A stretch of DNA of 24,342 nucleotides, taken from assembly GCA_046598045.1 (NCBI GenBank), contig JBKJJJ010000195.1, positions 1 through 24,342 on the forward strand. The letters are read 5' to 3'. The DNA comes from Candidatus Eiseniibacteriota bacterium. GTDB taxonomy: Bacteria > Eisenbacteria > RBG-16-71-46 > DASYSL01. Of this stretch, positions 8,912 to 17,964 are shown one piece after another; within the stretch, counting starts at the first letter, position 1; the number at the start of each line of letters is the position of its first letter. The notes beneath the pieces are model-generated. The model worked only from the letters and a program-made list of their open reading frames with translations, did no database searches and was not told the origin of the DNA. Both the position numbers and the translations under genes were made by a program.

Positions 8912-10026
8912 CGGAGGGCTCGCACGATGCGCCCGGCCGCGTGGCCGTCGCCGAAGGGGTTGCGCGCCACCGCCATCGCGCGATAGGCGTCCTGGTCGGT
9001 CAGCAGGCGATCCACCTCGGCGAGGATGTGGTCGGTGTCGGTGCCCACGAGGCGCGCCGTGCCGGCCGTGACTGCCTCGGGCCGCTCGGTGCGGTCGCGC
9101 AGCACGAGCACGGGCTTGCCGAGGCCCGGCGCCTCCTCCTGGATCCCGCCGGAGTCGGAGAGGATCAGGTGCGCGCGCTGCATCACGTGGACGAAGCGAT
9201 GATAGTCGAGGGGCTTCAGGAGGTGCACGTTCGGCCTGCCCTCGAGGTGCCGCGCGACCGCGGCGAGCACGTTCGGATTCGGATGCACCGGGTAGACGAT
9301 GCTCGCCCCCGTCGCGTCCGGGCGCGCAGCCAGCGCGGCGAGCGCGCGGCAGATCGAGTCCAGCGGCGCGCCGAAAGACTCGCGGCGGTGGGCGGTGACA
9401 AGGATCATCGGCCGCCCGGGTGACAGGGTCGCGAGTTCGGGCGGCGGGGGCGGGGCGGGCCGCGCGAGCGCGATGCGCAGCGCATCGATCGCGGTGTTGC
9501 CCGTGACCAGCACTCGCTCGGGGGCGAACTTCTCGTCGAGCAGGTTCTGACGCGACAGCTCGGTGGGCGCAAACGCGAGGTCGGCCAGCGCGTCGATCGC
9601 GCGCCGGTTCCATTCCTCCGGGAACGGCTCGCGGATGTTCCACGTGCGCAGACCCGCCTCGACATGCCCGACCTTCACCTCGCGGTGGAACGCCGCCTGC
9701 GCGGCGGCGAGGCTGGTCGTGGTGTCCCCCTGGACCAGCACCCAGTCGAAGTGCTCGCGCGCGAGGATCTGGTCGACCCCCTCGAGCACCCGGACCGCGA
9801 TGTGCGTCAGCGTCTGCCCGGGCGCCATGAGGTCCAGGTCCTCGTGCACGGGCAGGTCGAACACGCGGATCACTTCGTCGAGCATGTCGCGGTGCTGCGC
9901 AGTCAGGCATACCCGGCCCTCGAAGCCCCCGGCGTCGCGTAGCGCGTACAGGACCGGGGCCATCTTGATTGCTTCCGGGCGCGTGCCCATGACCATGAGG
10001 ACTTTCAGCGGGCTACCGTTCGCCAT
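8893..10026 (-). CDS. wecB: UDP-N-acetylglucosamine 2-epimerase (non-hydrolysing)
   Basis: GTRPEAIKMAP, TAQHRDML, VQGDTTT, GHVEAGLRT, PFPEEWNR, TGNTAIDAL, TAHRRESFG, HPNPNV, DSGGIQEEAP, NPFGDG. Confidence 0.97.
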   Translation of the reverse strand: MANGSPLKVLMVMGTRPEAIKMAPVLYALRDAGGFEGRVCLTAQHRDMLDEVIRVFDLPVHEDLDLMAPGQTLTHIAVRVLEGVDQILAREHFDWVLVQGDTTTSLAAAQAAFHREVKVGHVEAGLRTWNIREPFPEEWNRRAIDALADLAFAPTELSRQNLLDEKFAPERVLVTGNTAIDALRIALARPAPPPPPELATLSPGRPMILVTAHRRESFGAPLDSICRALAALAARPDATGASIVYPVHPNPNVLAAVARHLEGRPNVHLLKPLDYHRFVHVMQRAHLILSDSGGIQEEAPGLGKPVLVLRDRTERPEAVTAGTARLVGTDTDHILAEVDRLLTDQDAYRAMAVARNPFGDGHAAGRIVRALRQGVSR

Positions 10027-10035
10027 GGGCGGGGG

Positions 10036-10434
10036 TCAGCTCTCCGGGTCCGCGCGACGTCCATCCCGTTCCTGGAGTTCGCGAAGGTCGCTCTGGACGA
10101 TGCCGAGGTCCTGGATCAGGGCCTTGTTCTGGTCCCGCAGGTTCGAGATCACCGTGCTGAAGTGGAACTGCAGCACGAGGATGATCATGATCGCGATCAG
10201 GAACAGGAACGCGGGCGGGTAGTAGATCCCGACGAGATGGGAGAGGCGCTCGACGCCGCCGATGAAGATCGCGGAGAGCACCAGGAGCACGCCGGAAAGG
10301 ATCCACAGCAGCGAGTATTGCTCGCGCAGTTTCTTCCTGCGCACCTGGTTCAGGATCACGAGCAGGATCGAGATCCCGAGCAGGATGACGAACAGCCGCG
10401 TCCGCATCTGGATTCCGGTCGAGAAGGGTTGCAC
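10036..10434 (-). CDS. DUF2304 family small membrane protein (GacJ/Rv3632-like accessory of polyprenol-phosphate sugar synthases)
   Basis: GGAGG lies 6 nt before a GTG at 10434 (alternative ATG at 10407). Three TM segments, RRKKLREQYSLLW, LVGIYYPP, and a C-terminal coiled-coil-like ISNLRDQNKALIQDL. Confidence 0.85.
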   Translation of the reverse strand: MQPFSTGIQMRTRLFVILLGISILLVILNQVRRKKLREQYSLLWILSGVLLVLSAIFIGGVERLSHLVGIYYPPAFLFLIAIMIILVLQFHFSTVISNLRDQNKALIQDLGIVQSDLRELQERDGRRADPES

Positions 10435-10448
10435 GCGTTGCCTCCGTC

Positions 10449-11318
10449 TCAGGCGGCCCGGTTCAAGTGGCCGGCTTGCTCGAGGATCTCGACCATGGGG
10501 AGACAATGGTGGCGTGTCAGCAAGCGGTCGAGCTTGTTGATGACGCCCCCCAGGTTGAGGTAGGTCACGAACGAGGATACCGCGCCCAGGCGCACCCGGG
10601 GCACGTCGGGCACGCACTCCCACGGGTGAATGAACAGCACCGCCGGGCGGTGGGCGATCACCGCATCGAGCGCACCCTCGAACACGAACGAAGGCAGGGC
10701 GCGCAGGTAGAATCCGCCGGCGACCGGCAGGCTCATCCCGGGCATGCGATGGACCGCGACCGGAAACTCGACGAGTCGCCCGGTGGGATCGTGGCGGGCG
10801 AGATCCGCGTTCGCGGGGCGATAGATGCCCAGGGGGGCGTCGGCCACGCCGTAGAGCTGGACGCGCATCGGGAAGATGCTCGAGTCATAGGCGAAGCCCT
10901 CCTCGGTCAGCACCTCGAGCGCCCAGGCCGTGGAGCGATCGAGGCTGAACGTCGGCGCGCGAAATCCGACCGACGGGTCGTCGCCGAGGGCGGCGCGGAT
11001 GGCCGCGCGGAAGTCGCGCAACTCCCTGCGGAAGCCCTCCGGATCGAGGTTCCAGAGCGGCGTGTGGGAGTAGCCGTGGCTCGCGATCTCGTGCCCTTCG
11101 TCCGCGATCCGGCGCACCAGGTCGGGATGGCGGGCCGCCACGTCTCCCAGGATGAAAAACGTCGCGCGCACCCCGTGGCGCCGCAGGAGATCCAGGATCC
11201 GCTCCGTCCCCGGGCGCACGACGGATCGCGTGTCGCCCGCGGGCACGCGCGCCCGCACGAGCTCCGGGTGATGCCAGTCCTCGATGTCGAACGTGAGGGC
11301 GAACGGGTGCGCGGACAA
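10449..11318 (-). CDS. Polysaccharide deacetylase (CE4) with a DUF3473-like C-terminus, PEP-CTERM/XrtA-locus type
   Basis: TFDIEDW, ATFFILG, HEIASHGYSH metal motif, GFRAPTFS, YDSS, AGGFYLR, FIHPWE. TTG start 5 nt after AGGAG. Confidence 0.9.
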   Translation of the reverse strand: MSAHPFALTFDIEDWHHPELVRARVPAGDTRSVVRPGTERILDLLRRHGVRATFFILGDVAARHPDLVRRIADEGHEIASHGYSHTPLWNLDPEGFRRELRDFRAAIRAALGDDPSVGFRAPTFSLDRSTAWALEVLTEEGFAYDSSIFPMRVQLYGVADAPLGIYRPANADLARHDPTGRLVEFPVAVHRMPGMSLPVAGGFYLRALPSFVFEGALDAVIAHRPAVLFIHPWECVPDVPRVRLGAVSSFVTYLNLGGVINKLDRLLTRHHCLPMVEILEQAGHLNRAA

Positions 11319-11326
11319 GCGGACTC

Positions 11327-12118
11327 CTAGATCCGGGCGCGCAGCATCTTGCGCCGCAGCAGAACCATCACGATCGACAGGAACATCTTGGAGACGTAAT
11401 AGAAGGCCTTGAGGTTCGAGTGCATCGACGTGCCTGCGATGCGCGCTTCCATCACGACGGGCACCTCGACCACGCGGTACCCCGCGAGCACGAGCAGGAT
11501 GATCGTGTCCGCGTCGGGAAAGTCGCTCGGGTAGTTGTCGCGCGCGAAGAACGACAACACCGAGGCATTCATGGCCTGGAAGCCCGATGTCGGGTCCGAA
11601 AACCGCTTGCGCGTGACGAACGTGACGATCGACCCGAACATGGCCATGCCGAGCCGGCGCGGAAAGGGAATCGGGTAGTTCGCCTTCCCCGTGAAGCGCG
11701 AACCGATCGTGATGTCCGCACGCCCCGCGACCACGGGCTCGAGGAGCGCGCGTGCGGAGCCCGGGTCGTGTTGCCCGTCGGCGTCCATCTGGACGATGAT
11801 CTCGAACCCGTGCGCGAGCGCATACTTGAAGCCGGTCTGCACCGCGCCCCCGTAGCCGAGGTTGCAGGGCAGGTCCACGACGCGCGCCCCGGCGTGCTGC
11901 GCGACGTCGACCGTGTCATCGGTCGAACAGTCGCTGATGACCACGATCGCGGCGCCCGGGAGCGCGGTGCGGATCGCGGCCAGGGTCGGCCGGAGGCTCT
12001 CCGACTCGTTGAACGCGGGGATCACCACCAGCACGCGGCCCGCGGCCAGCGCTTCGTGGACCGGATCGGGGGCGCCGGAGGGCGCAGCGGCGACGGGGGG
12101 CACGGGGAAAGCGCTCAA
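11327..12118 (-). CDS. GT2 glycosyltransferase, DPM1-like (polyprenol-phosphate sugar synthase type)
   Basis: [48 protein letters not shown] start overlaps the upstream stop (TTGA 12115-12118). Confidence 0.9.
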   Translation of the reverse strand: MSAFPVPPVAAAPSGAPDPVHEALAAGRVLVVIPAFNESESLRPTLAAIRTALPGAAIVVISDCSTDDTVDVAQHAGARVVDLPCNLGYGGAVQTGFKYALAHGFEIIVQMDADGQHDPGSARALLEPVVAGRADITIGSRFTGKANYPIPFPRRLGMAMFGSIVTFVTRKRFSDPTSGFQAMNASVLSFFARDNYPSDFPDADTIILLVLAGYRVVEVPVVMEARIAGTSMHSNLKAFYYVSKMFLSIVMVLLRRKMLRARI

Positions 12119-12633
12119 GCAGCGGGTCCTCCATCCAGCGTTCTCAGGACGCGCGCGGGAACGCCCACGACGAGCGTCCCGGCCGGCACATCCCGCGTCA
12201 CGACCGCGCCCGCCCCCACGACGGCGCCTTCGCCGACCGTGACTCCGGAGAGTACCATGGCGCCCGCGCCCAGGTAGCAGCCCTTGAGCAGGCGTACCGG
12301 CGCGACGGTTCCGTTGCCGGCACCCGGCGCAACACGGTCCATCCGTCGCGCGTCGTCGTGCACGACGACCGTCACGCGGAAGGAGATCGTCACGTCATCC
12401 TGGATCTCGATCAGTTCCGGGAACTGGCAATCGAGATAGCTGTCGAGTCCGATGAACACGTGCCGGCCGATCGAGATTCCCATCGCCCGGTAGAGGGCCA
12501 GGCGCAAGCCGGGATGAATGCAAGAGCGCGCGAAGATATGCAACTGTTTCTGCCAGAAGAGGCGCAGCAGGTTACGGGGCGCGACCTTCGTCTCGTAGTC
12601 ATGCCGGGGCATGCGCCCCTCGATGCGGGTCAT
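12115..12633 (-). CDS. Hexapeptide-repeat (left-handed beta-helix) acyltransferase
   Basis: ATG at 12633 overlaps the upstream stop (ATGA). [39 protein letters not shown]. Confidence 0.9.
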   Translation of the reverse strand: MTRIEGRMPRHDYETKVAPRNLLRLFWQKQLHIFARSCIHPGLRLALYRAMGISIGRHVFIGLDSYLDCQFPELIEIQDDVTISFRVTVVVHDDARRMDRVAPGAGNGTVAPVRLLKGCYLGAGAMVLSGVTVGEGAVVGAGAVVTRDVPAGTLVVGVPARVLRTLDGGPAA

Positions 12634-13655
12634 AGCGCCTCGGGAAAGAGTCGGCGAACGCGCGGCCCCAGCGCTTGCGTCACCGCCAGGGGCAACCGCT
12701 GCCAGATGGCGACCGCGATCCCGAACGCCGACTTCTGGTCGGAGAGCTTCGGCATGGACTGTCCCTCGGCGAGCACGTACTGATAGTAGAGCGGCTCGCT
12801 GCGCGCGCCCCATTGTTCCTTGAAACGAAACGTGCCCGACCCGGGCTGGCTGCGCCCGAAGTCGAACCGCGTCGCGCCGGTACTGGCCGCACGCTCGATC
12901 GCCGCCCAGTACAGCAGGTTGTTCGGGCACATCGGAAACCACCGCCGCAGGGAGGATGCCCAGGGGTCGAAGACCGTGTTCCCCTGGCGCACCACGAGCA
13001 TGCCCCCGATCGGCTCATCGCCCCGGAAGACCACCACCACGTTGGCGTCGTCCCCGTAGGCCTCGAGCGCGCGCCGGAAAAACCCCGCCTCCATCGCGGG
13101 CGTCCCGAGATCCCGCATGTTCTCGCTGAACACCGCGTGAAACGCGTTCACGTGCTCGTGGCCCCACGCGAACTTCAACCCCGCCTTCTCCGCTTTGCGG
13201 ACCTGGTTCCGCACCTTGGCGTCGAAGCCCTTCCACAGCGTCTCCGCTCCCGGGGCGAGTTCCATCGTCAGCGTGGCATTCTCGTCGCTGGTGACCAGTC
13301 CCGGCCAGCGCACGGCCTGGTCCCTCAGCTCGAGCCAGCGGGCACCGCCCGCACCGACCCCGGAATGCGCGTCGGCGATGAGCTGTTCCGCCGCTTCCGG
13401 GCTCTCGGCGAGAAGTCCGCCCGGAGCGCTGAACAGGGTCGCGGGGCCGAACGCAGAGGGCGCGCGGAACAGGGGAAGGATCCCGACCATGCGCTCGCCC
13501 TCGAACGCCGCGCGCCACTGCGGAGTCACGCGGTAGTGTTCGGTCATGAGCCGCCGCCAGGCCGAGCGTTGGCCGAAATGTGCCTCCGGCCGGCCGGCGA
13601 CGAAGCGGTCCCAGGCCTCGTCCATCGCCGGGTCGTGCGCGCGGACGGAGATCAC
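12630..13655 (-). CDS. FemAB-related GNAT-fold protein (PEP-CTERM/XrtA-system-associated type)
   Basis: GTG at 13655 overlaps the upstream stop (GTGA). [55 protein letters not shown]. Confidence 0.88.
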   Translation of the reverse strand: MISVRAHDPAMDEAWDRFVAGRPEAHFGQRSAWRRLMTEHYRVTPQWRAAFEGERMVGILPLFRAPSAFGPATLFSAPGGLLAESPEAAEQLIADAHSGVGAGGARWLELRDQAVRWPGLVTSDENATLTMELAPGAETLWKGFDAKVRNQVRKAEKAGLKFAWGHEHVNAFHAVFSENMRDLGTPAMEAGFFRRALEAYGDDANVVVVFRGDEPIGGMLVVRQGNTVFDPWASSLRRWFPMCPNNLLYWAAIERAASTGATRFDFGRSQPGSGTFRFKEQWGARSEPLYYQYVLAEGQSMPKLSDQKSAFGIAVAIWQRLPLAVTQALGPRVRRLFPEAL

Positions 13656-15196
13656 GAAAGCGGCACGGCCGGACTGGACGCGACCCTCGGAACCACCGGG
13701 CGGGCGGCGATGCGCCCCTGCACGGCCCTGTGCTCCGCCGCGCCGGCGACCGTCGGCACGGTCGAAACCTGGGCCGCCTCGCGATCGGCGATGCGTCCAA
13801 CGGCATAGGTCAGGCCGAACAGGAACCAGACGTAGAAGGAGTAAATGTTGTTCCGCAGGTAGTCGATCTTGACCTGGTCGATGATGAACGTGAAGAGCTG
13901 GATCCGCACCAGGAGGCTCGCACCCTGGATGAACGTTCCGCTCCCGAGCGACGGAGCGCGCGGCCGGCTCGATCGCCAGACCTCCCACAGGATCCACAGG
14001 TAGATCGCCAGCCCGACGAACCCGACGATGTAGGCGTAGAACAGGTACACGTTGTGCGGCCAGTACTGGACCTCGACGCCCTTGCGCGCGGCGTAGTAGG
14101 GACCGTGGCCGATGAGCGGGTGGTCGAGCGCGTTTTCGAACGCCTGCCGCCAGACCACCGAACGCGAGTCCGGGAGGCCCTTCTCGAGCCTGGATGCGAA
14201 CAGCCGGCTGAGCACGCTGCCCGAGGAGGTCATCGTACTCACCACGAAGTCCGCCCCGGCCACGGCTGCGGTCGCGAGGCTGACCACCAGGACCAGCCGC
14301 ACGAAGTTCAGTCGCTTGCGCGAGAGCCAGATCAGGTAGGCCGATCCGACCAGGAACGAGATCAACGCGCCCCGGGTGACGGTCGCGAACAGGCAGAAGA
14401 AGGTGAGGAGCATCATACCGACCAGCAGGACGCGTCGGCTGGTCGAAGTGGCGCGCGACCACAGGAAGAACTGGAGGAACAGGTTCAGGACGCAGTATTC
14501 GCCGTAGAGTTCGTAGTCGAGGAACGTGCTGCCGACACGAACCGCACCGGTCCGAAGCCCTTCCGAGGCCCCGAGCTGAATCCAGCCGGGAACGATCGTG
14601 GCGCCCGCGTGACCCTGTTCGTAGACCGCGAACAGGCCGAGCACGAAGCAGGAGATCGTCTGGACCGTCATGACCTTTTTGACGTCCTCGGTGGTCTTCA
14701 CGATGTTGACCACCATGAAGAACAGCAGGACGTAGGTCAGGAACCCCGCGAACTGGGACCACGCGAGGGGAACATGCTCGGGCAAGTCGATGTTGTAGAA
14801 CGACACGCTGTACGCCATGACGAGCGCAAGGATCGGGATGTCCAGGCGGGTTCGTTCGGGAGGCGCGGCGCGGCGCGTGCTGACCCGGTAGAGCCAGACC
14901 ATGAAGATCAGGATCACGAACGCGACATTGGTGCTGCCGTAACTCGTGCCCTTCGGGAAGGGCAGGAAGAGCACGGTCAGCATCAAACCCTCGATCGCGC
15001 GGAAACGGAATGCCAGCAACGCGACCAGGCCGGCCGCGACCGCCTGGATCACGCGCTTGTCGGGGGCGAGGAACTGCTGCGCCGCGATCACGCCGACGGT
15101 GAGGACGAGGAGCAGCACCGTCAGGCGGGAACTCCAGCCCGAAGCTGCAGTGCCGGATCCGGCGTCGAGCGGCGACTTCATCGGGCGAGTCCGCAC
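13652..15196 (-). CDS. O-antigen ligase/Wzy polymerase-like membrane protein
   Basis: About 12 hydrophobic segments. TVTRGA, SRSVVW, HPLIGHG and PHNVYL...GFVGL match Wzy_C/WaaL motifs. Start is GTG 15196 or ATG 15181. Confidence 0.85.
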   Translation of the reverse strand: MRTRPMKSPLDAGSGTAASGWSSRLTVLLLVLTVGVIAAQQFLAPDKRVIQAVAAGLVALLAFRFRAIEGLMLTVLFLPFPKGTSYGSTNVAFVILIFMVWLYRVSTRRAAPPERTRLDIPILALVMAYSVSFYNIDLPEHVPLAWSQFAGFLTYVLLFFMVVNIVKTTEDVKKVMTVQTISCFVLGLFAVYEQGHAGATIVPGWIQLGASEGLRTGAVRVGSTFLDYELYGEYCVLNLFLQFFLWSRATSTSRRVLLVGMMLLTFFCLFATVTRGALISFLVGSAYLIWLSRKRLNFVRLVLVVSLATAAVAGADFVVSTMTSSGSVLSRLFASRLEKGLPDSRSVVWRQAFENALDHPLIGHGPYYAARKGVEVQYWPHNVYLFYAYIVGFVGLAIYLWILWEVWRSSRPRAPSLGSGTFIQGASLLVRIQLFTFIIDQVKIDYLRNNIYSFYVWFLFGLTYAVGRIADREAAQVSTVPTVAGAAEHRAVQGRIAARPVVPRVASSPAVPLS

Positions 15197-15232
15197 AGGG
15201 GCTTCATGGGAGAACGATGCCGCCGCGGAGCG

Positions 15233-15910
15233 TCAGACGAGCCCGAAGCGCTTGGCGAAAAGGAACGAGAGATTCCGCCAGCCGTCCCGCCACTTCTGGA
15301 GCTTGACCTCGCCGATGCGCGGACGGTAGTCGATCCCGATCTCCGCGAAGCCCCGGCCGAGTTTCTCGATGGCCTCGATCTTGATCTCCTCGGAAAGCGG
15401 CATCCCGTCGGAGGTCAGCCGCAACCTCGGCAGCACGGTGCGGCGGAAGACCCACATCCCCGACTGCGAATCGCGGAGGGGCCTGAACCACAGCAGCATG
15501 GTGGCGATCGTGAGGACCCAATTGCCCACCTTGTTCGTGAAGTTCATCGCCGCCGGGTTGCGCAGGGGGAACCGCGATCCCGAGATGAAGTCGAGCTTGC
15601 GGTCCTCGAGTTGCTCGACCAGCGAGCCGATCTCGTCCGCAGGGTAGGTCCCGTCGCCATCCAGGGTGGCGATGACATCCCCGGTCGCCGCCGGCAGGCC
15701 GGCCTGGTACGCCGCGCCGTAGCCCTTGCGAGCCTGGAACACCACGACCGCGCCGAGCGCGCGCGCGATCTCGCCCGTTCGGTCCGTGGAATTGTTGTCG
15801 ACCACGACGACTTCATCCACGTAGGGGGGCATGGACTCGATGACCGACCGGATCCCATCCTCCTCGTTGAAGCACGGGATCACGACGCTCACCTTCAGAC
15901 CGCGATGCAT
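15233..15910 (-). CDS. GT2 glycosyltransferase, DPM1-like
   Basis: ATG at 15910 with GGAG upstream. VSVVIPCFNEE, VVDNNSTDRT, GYGAAY, LDGDGTYP, SGSRF, DSQSGM, RIGEVKL. Confidence 0.9.
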   Translation of the reverse strand: MHRGLKVSVVIPCFNEEDGIRSVIESMPPYVDEVVVVDNNSTDRTGEIARALGAVVVFQARKGYGAAYQAGLPAATGDVIATLDGDGTYPADEIGSLVEQLEDRKLDFISGSRFPLRNPAAMNFTNKVGNWVLTIATMLLWFRPLRDSQSGMWVFRRTVLPRLRLTSDGMPLSEEIKIEAIEKLGRGFAEIGIDYRPRIGEVKLQKWRDGWRNLSFLFAKRFGLV

Positions 15911-15988
15911 GGGGGGAATCTCCGGGACGGAGGCGGGCCATTCGCGTAACCGGCAGGATGGTCGCGAGCCGGCACGTACAAGGCAACC

Positions 15989-16017
15989 AGTATAGCGCTC
16001 CGGCATCCCAAGCGCAA
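15989..16017 (-). promoter_or_regulatory. Putative sigma70-type promoter for the leftward 8-gene operon
   Basis: Minus strand reads TTGCGC-N17-TATACT, about 80 nt upstream of the ATG at 15910. Confidence 0.55.
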
Positions 16018-16047
16018 GCGTAATTGCAAATTGCAACGCAACTTAGG
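16015..16047. promoter_or_regulatory. Conserved 33-bp operator-like motif, copy 1
   Basis: CAAGCGTAATTGcaaattgCAAcgcaACTTAGG; 23/33 ungapped identity to 20478-20510. Confidence 0.65.
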
Positions 16048-16164
16048 TGGCGCGCCCGCGGATCGATTGTGGCTTTCGGGCGAGAGGGAACTGGCCGCGC
16101 GGCGAGTCCGAAGGTTACGATTGCGGGCGGCGCATTGCGCGCCCTCTCACCCCCGGAGGCCGGC

Positions 16165-16878
16165 ATGTCCGAACTGGCAGCGAGTTCCCGCGATTACTAC
16201 TACGACCGCATGGTCGCGTCCGGGGACTGGGACGACGTGGCGAACGTCTACGAGACCTCGCGCCGCACCGAACTGGTGTTCGGCCGCTTGCTCGCGGACG
16301 TGCCGCTCGAAGGCGCCGAGTTCCTCGATGCCGGCAGTGGCGGGGGGCATTTCTCCGCGCTCGCCGCCAAGCGCGGCGCGCGGGTGGTCTCGATGGACAT
16401 GGGCCTGAACCTGCTGGCGGGCGTGGCGCGGCGCTGCGAATCGAGACGCTCGGTGGGGAGTACGCTCCAGCTTCCCTTCGGCGACGGCACGTTCGACGTC
16501 GTGCTCTCGACCGAGGTGCTCGAGCACACGCCCGATCCGCTCCGGGGCCTTCGCGAATTGGCGCGCGTCGTCAAGCCCGGTGGCCGTCTCGTCCTGACCA
16601 CGCCGGGTCGCCTGTGGCAGCCCGTCGTGCGCGCCGCGAGCGCGCTCCATCTTCGGCCCTACCAGGGGCGCGAGAACTTTCTGTGGCCGGAGCGCGCGCG
16701 GCAGGAGGTCGAGCGTCAGGGCCTCAAGGTCGAGACCTTCGAGGGATTCAACGTGCTGCCGCTCTTTCACCGCGTGTTCGACCCGGTCAATCGCAGCCTC
16801 GACGGGCTCGGGAAACTCTGGCCGTCGATCTGCGTGAACTTCGCGATTCGCGCGCTGCGCCCCGCCCCGCCTGGGTGA
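16165..16878 (+). CDS. Class I SAM-dependent methyltransferase
   Basis: GGAGG then ATG at 16165. FLDAGSGGG motif I, LPFGDGTFDVV, EVLEH, RVVKPGGRLVLTTP. Confidence 0.9.
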   Translation: MSELAASSRDYYYDRMVASGDWDDVANVYETSRRTELVFGRLLADVPLEGAEFLDAGSGGGHFSALAAKRGARVVSMDMGLNLLAGVARRCESRRSVGSTLQLPFGDGTFDVVLSTEVLEHTPDPLRGLRELARVVKPGGRLVLTTPGRLWQPVVRAASALHLRPYQGRENFLWPERARQEVERQGLKVETFEGFNVLPLFHRVFDPVNRSLDGLGKLWPSICVNFAIRALRPAPPG

Positions 16879-16926
16879 TGCCGGGGCCTTCGAGCGTGGG
16901 ACCCTGCCCGGCTTCGCGGACGCAAT

Positions 16927-17901
16927 CTAGCGCGGCTTGCCCACCACGACGAACGCTCCGGCCGTGACGGCGTCTTCCTCGGAAAGCCGGTTGAACGGGG
17001 TTGCCAATTCCCGGACCGGCAAACCGTCGTGGCGCTCATGACGCACGATCCTCAGGATCTCGAATCCGCTCGCCCGAAGATGCGCGAGATGGGTGGACCA
17101 GGGGAATCGATTGAGGAGAAATGCGCGACGTCCCTTGACGAGCTTCCAGATCGCCGCGGGATACTGCCAGTGACCATTCCAGGCCCGGGTCATCCCGTGA
17201 GACTTGAAGTCCACCTGGTGCGTCATGATTCCCCCGGGAGCCAGCCACAGCGACATCGCCCGGTAGGTGTTGTCCAGGTCCTCCACGTGCTCGAGCGTGG
17301 CTTGCGAATAGATCATCTGAACCGAGGCCGGTTTGATCAGCCCGGGATCGTGCCAGGGCACCGTGTAGCCGATTCGAATCGGGGAATCCCGCGCTCCGCC
17401 GGGATCGACGATCGCAGCGCGAATGGCATCGACTCGTTCGGGGCGCAGGGAGCGCTCGAGTCGAGACTCGGTCAGGATTGCATCGGGGAATGCATAGTCT
17501 TCAAGGACCGGCCGAATCTCCGGGAACTCGTCGGGGCCGGGGATCGGAGTCCGCTGCCGGATGAGCGCGGCGAGCTCGTCGAGCACGAGCAGGTTCGCGC
17601 GGCTGCTGGCATGCTCCACGACATCGAGCCCGTGATACTCGTCGACGCCGGTCAGCAGGGCCGCCAATCCAATGCCGAGTGAATCTCCCGGTCCCAGTTC
17701 TGCCACCGTTGCCGGGTTTGCATCGACCCCCGCCAGCGAGGCCTGAACCAGGTGGCGAAGCCAGACCGAATAGCAGTAACGAGCGGAGGAGGTTCCGCCC
17801 GTGCCCCGCTGGTTCGGGTTGCGGAGCAGGTAGGACTTCAGCCCTCGCAGGATTGGACGGATCTGCATCGGCATGGACTGGGAGCTCCCCGAACTGATCA
17901 T
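16927..17901 (-). CDS. Putative class I SAM-dependent methyltransferase (divergent, with an insertion)
   Basis: VAELGPGDS motif I-like, MIYSQATLEHV, LAPGGIMTHQVD. The start may be a few codons downstream (MPM). Confidence 0.75.
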   Translation of the reverse strand: MISSGSSQSMPMQIRPILRGLKSYLLRNPNQRGTGGTSSARYCYSVWLRHLVQASLAGVDANPATVAELGPGDSLGIGLAALLTGVDEYHGLDVVEHASSRANLLVLDELAALIRQRTPIPGPDEFPEIRPVLEDYAFPDAILTESRLERSLRPERVDAIRAAIVDPGGARDSPIRIGYTVPWHDPGLIKPASVQMIYSQATLEHVEDLDNTYRAMSLWLAPGGIMTHQVDFKSHGMTRAWNGHWQYPAAIWKLVKGRRAFLLNRFPWSTHLAHLRASGFEILRIVRHERHDGLPVRELATPFNRLSEEDAVTAGAFVVVGKPR

Positions 17902-17964
17902 TTCGGATTGAAATGTATGTGATCGAGCCGGGATCGATCCGACGCGCGACCCACCGAGTCTGCG

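Noticed and set aside
16879..16926. Bidirectional terminator between the convergent methyltransferases
   Set aside because: Only a loose GCCGGG...CCCGGC pairing with a large loop and no U-tracts.
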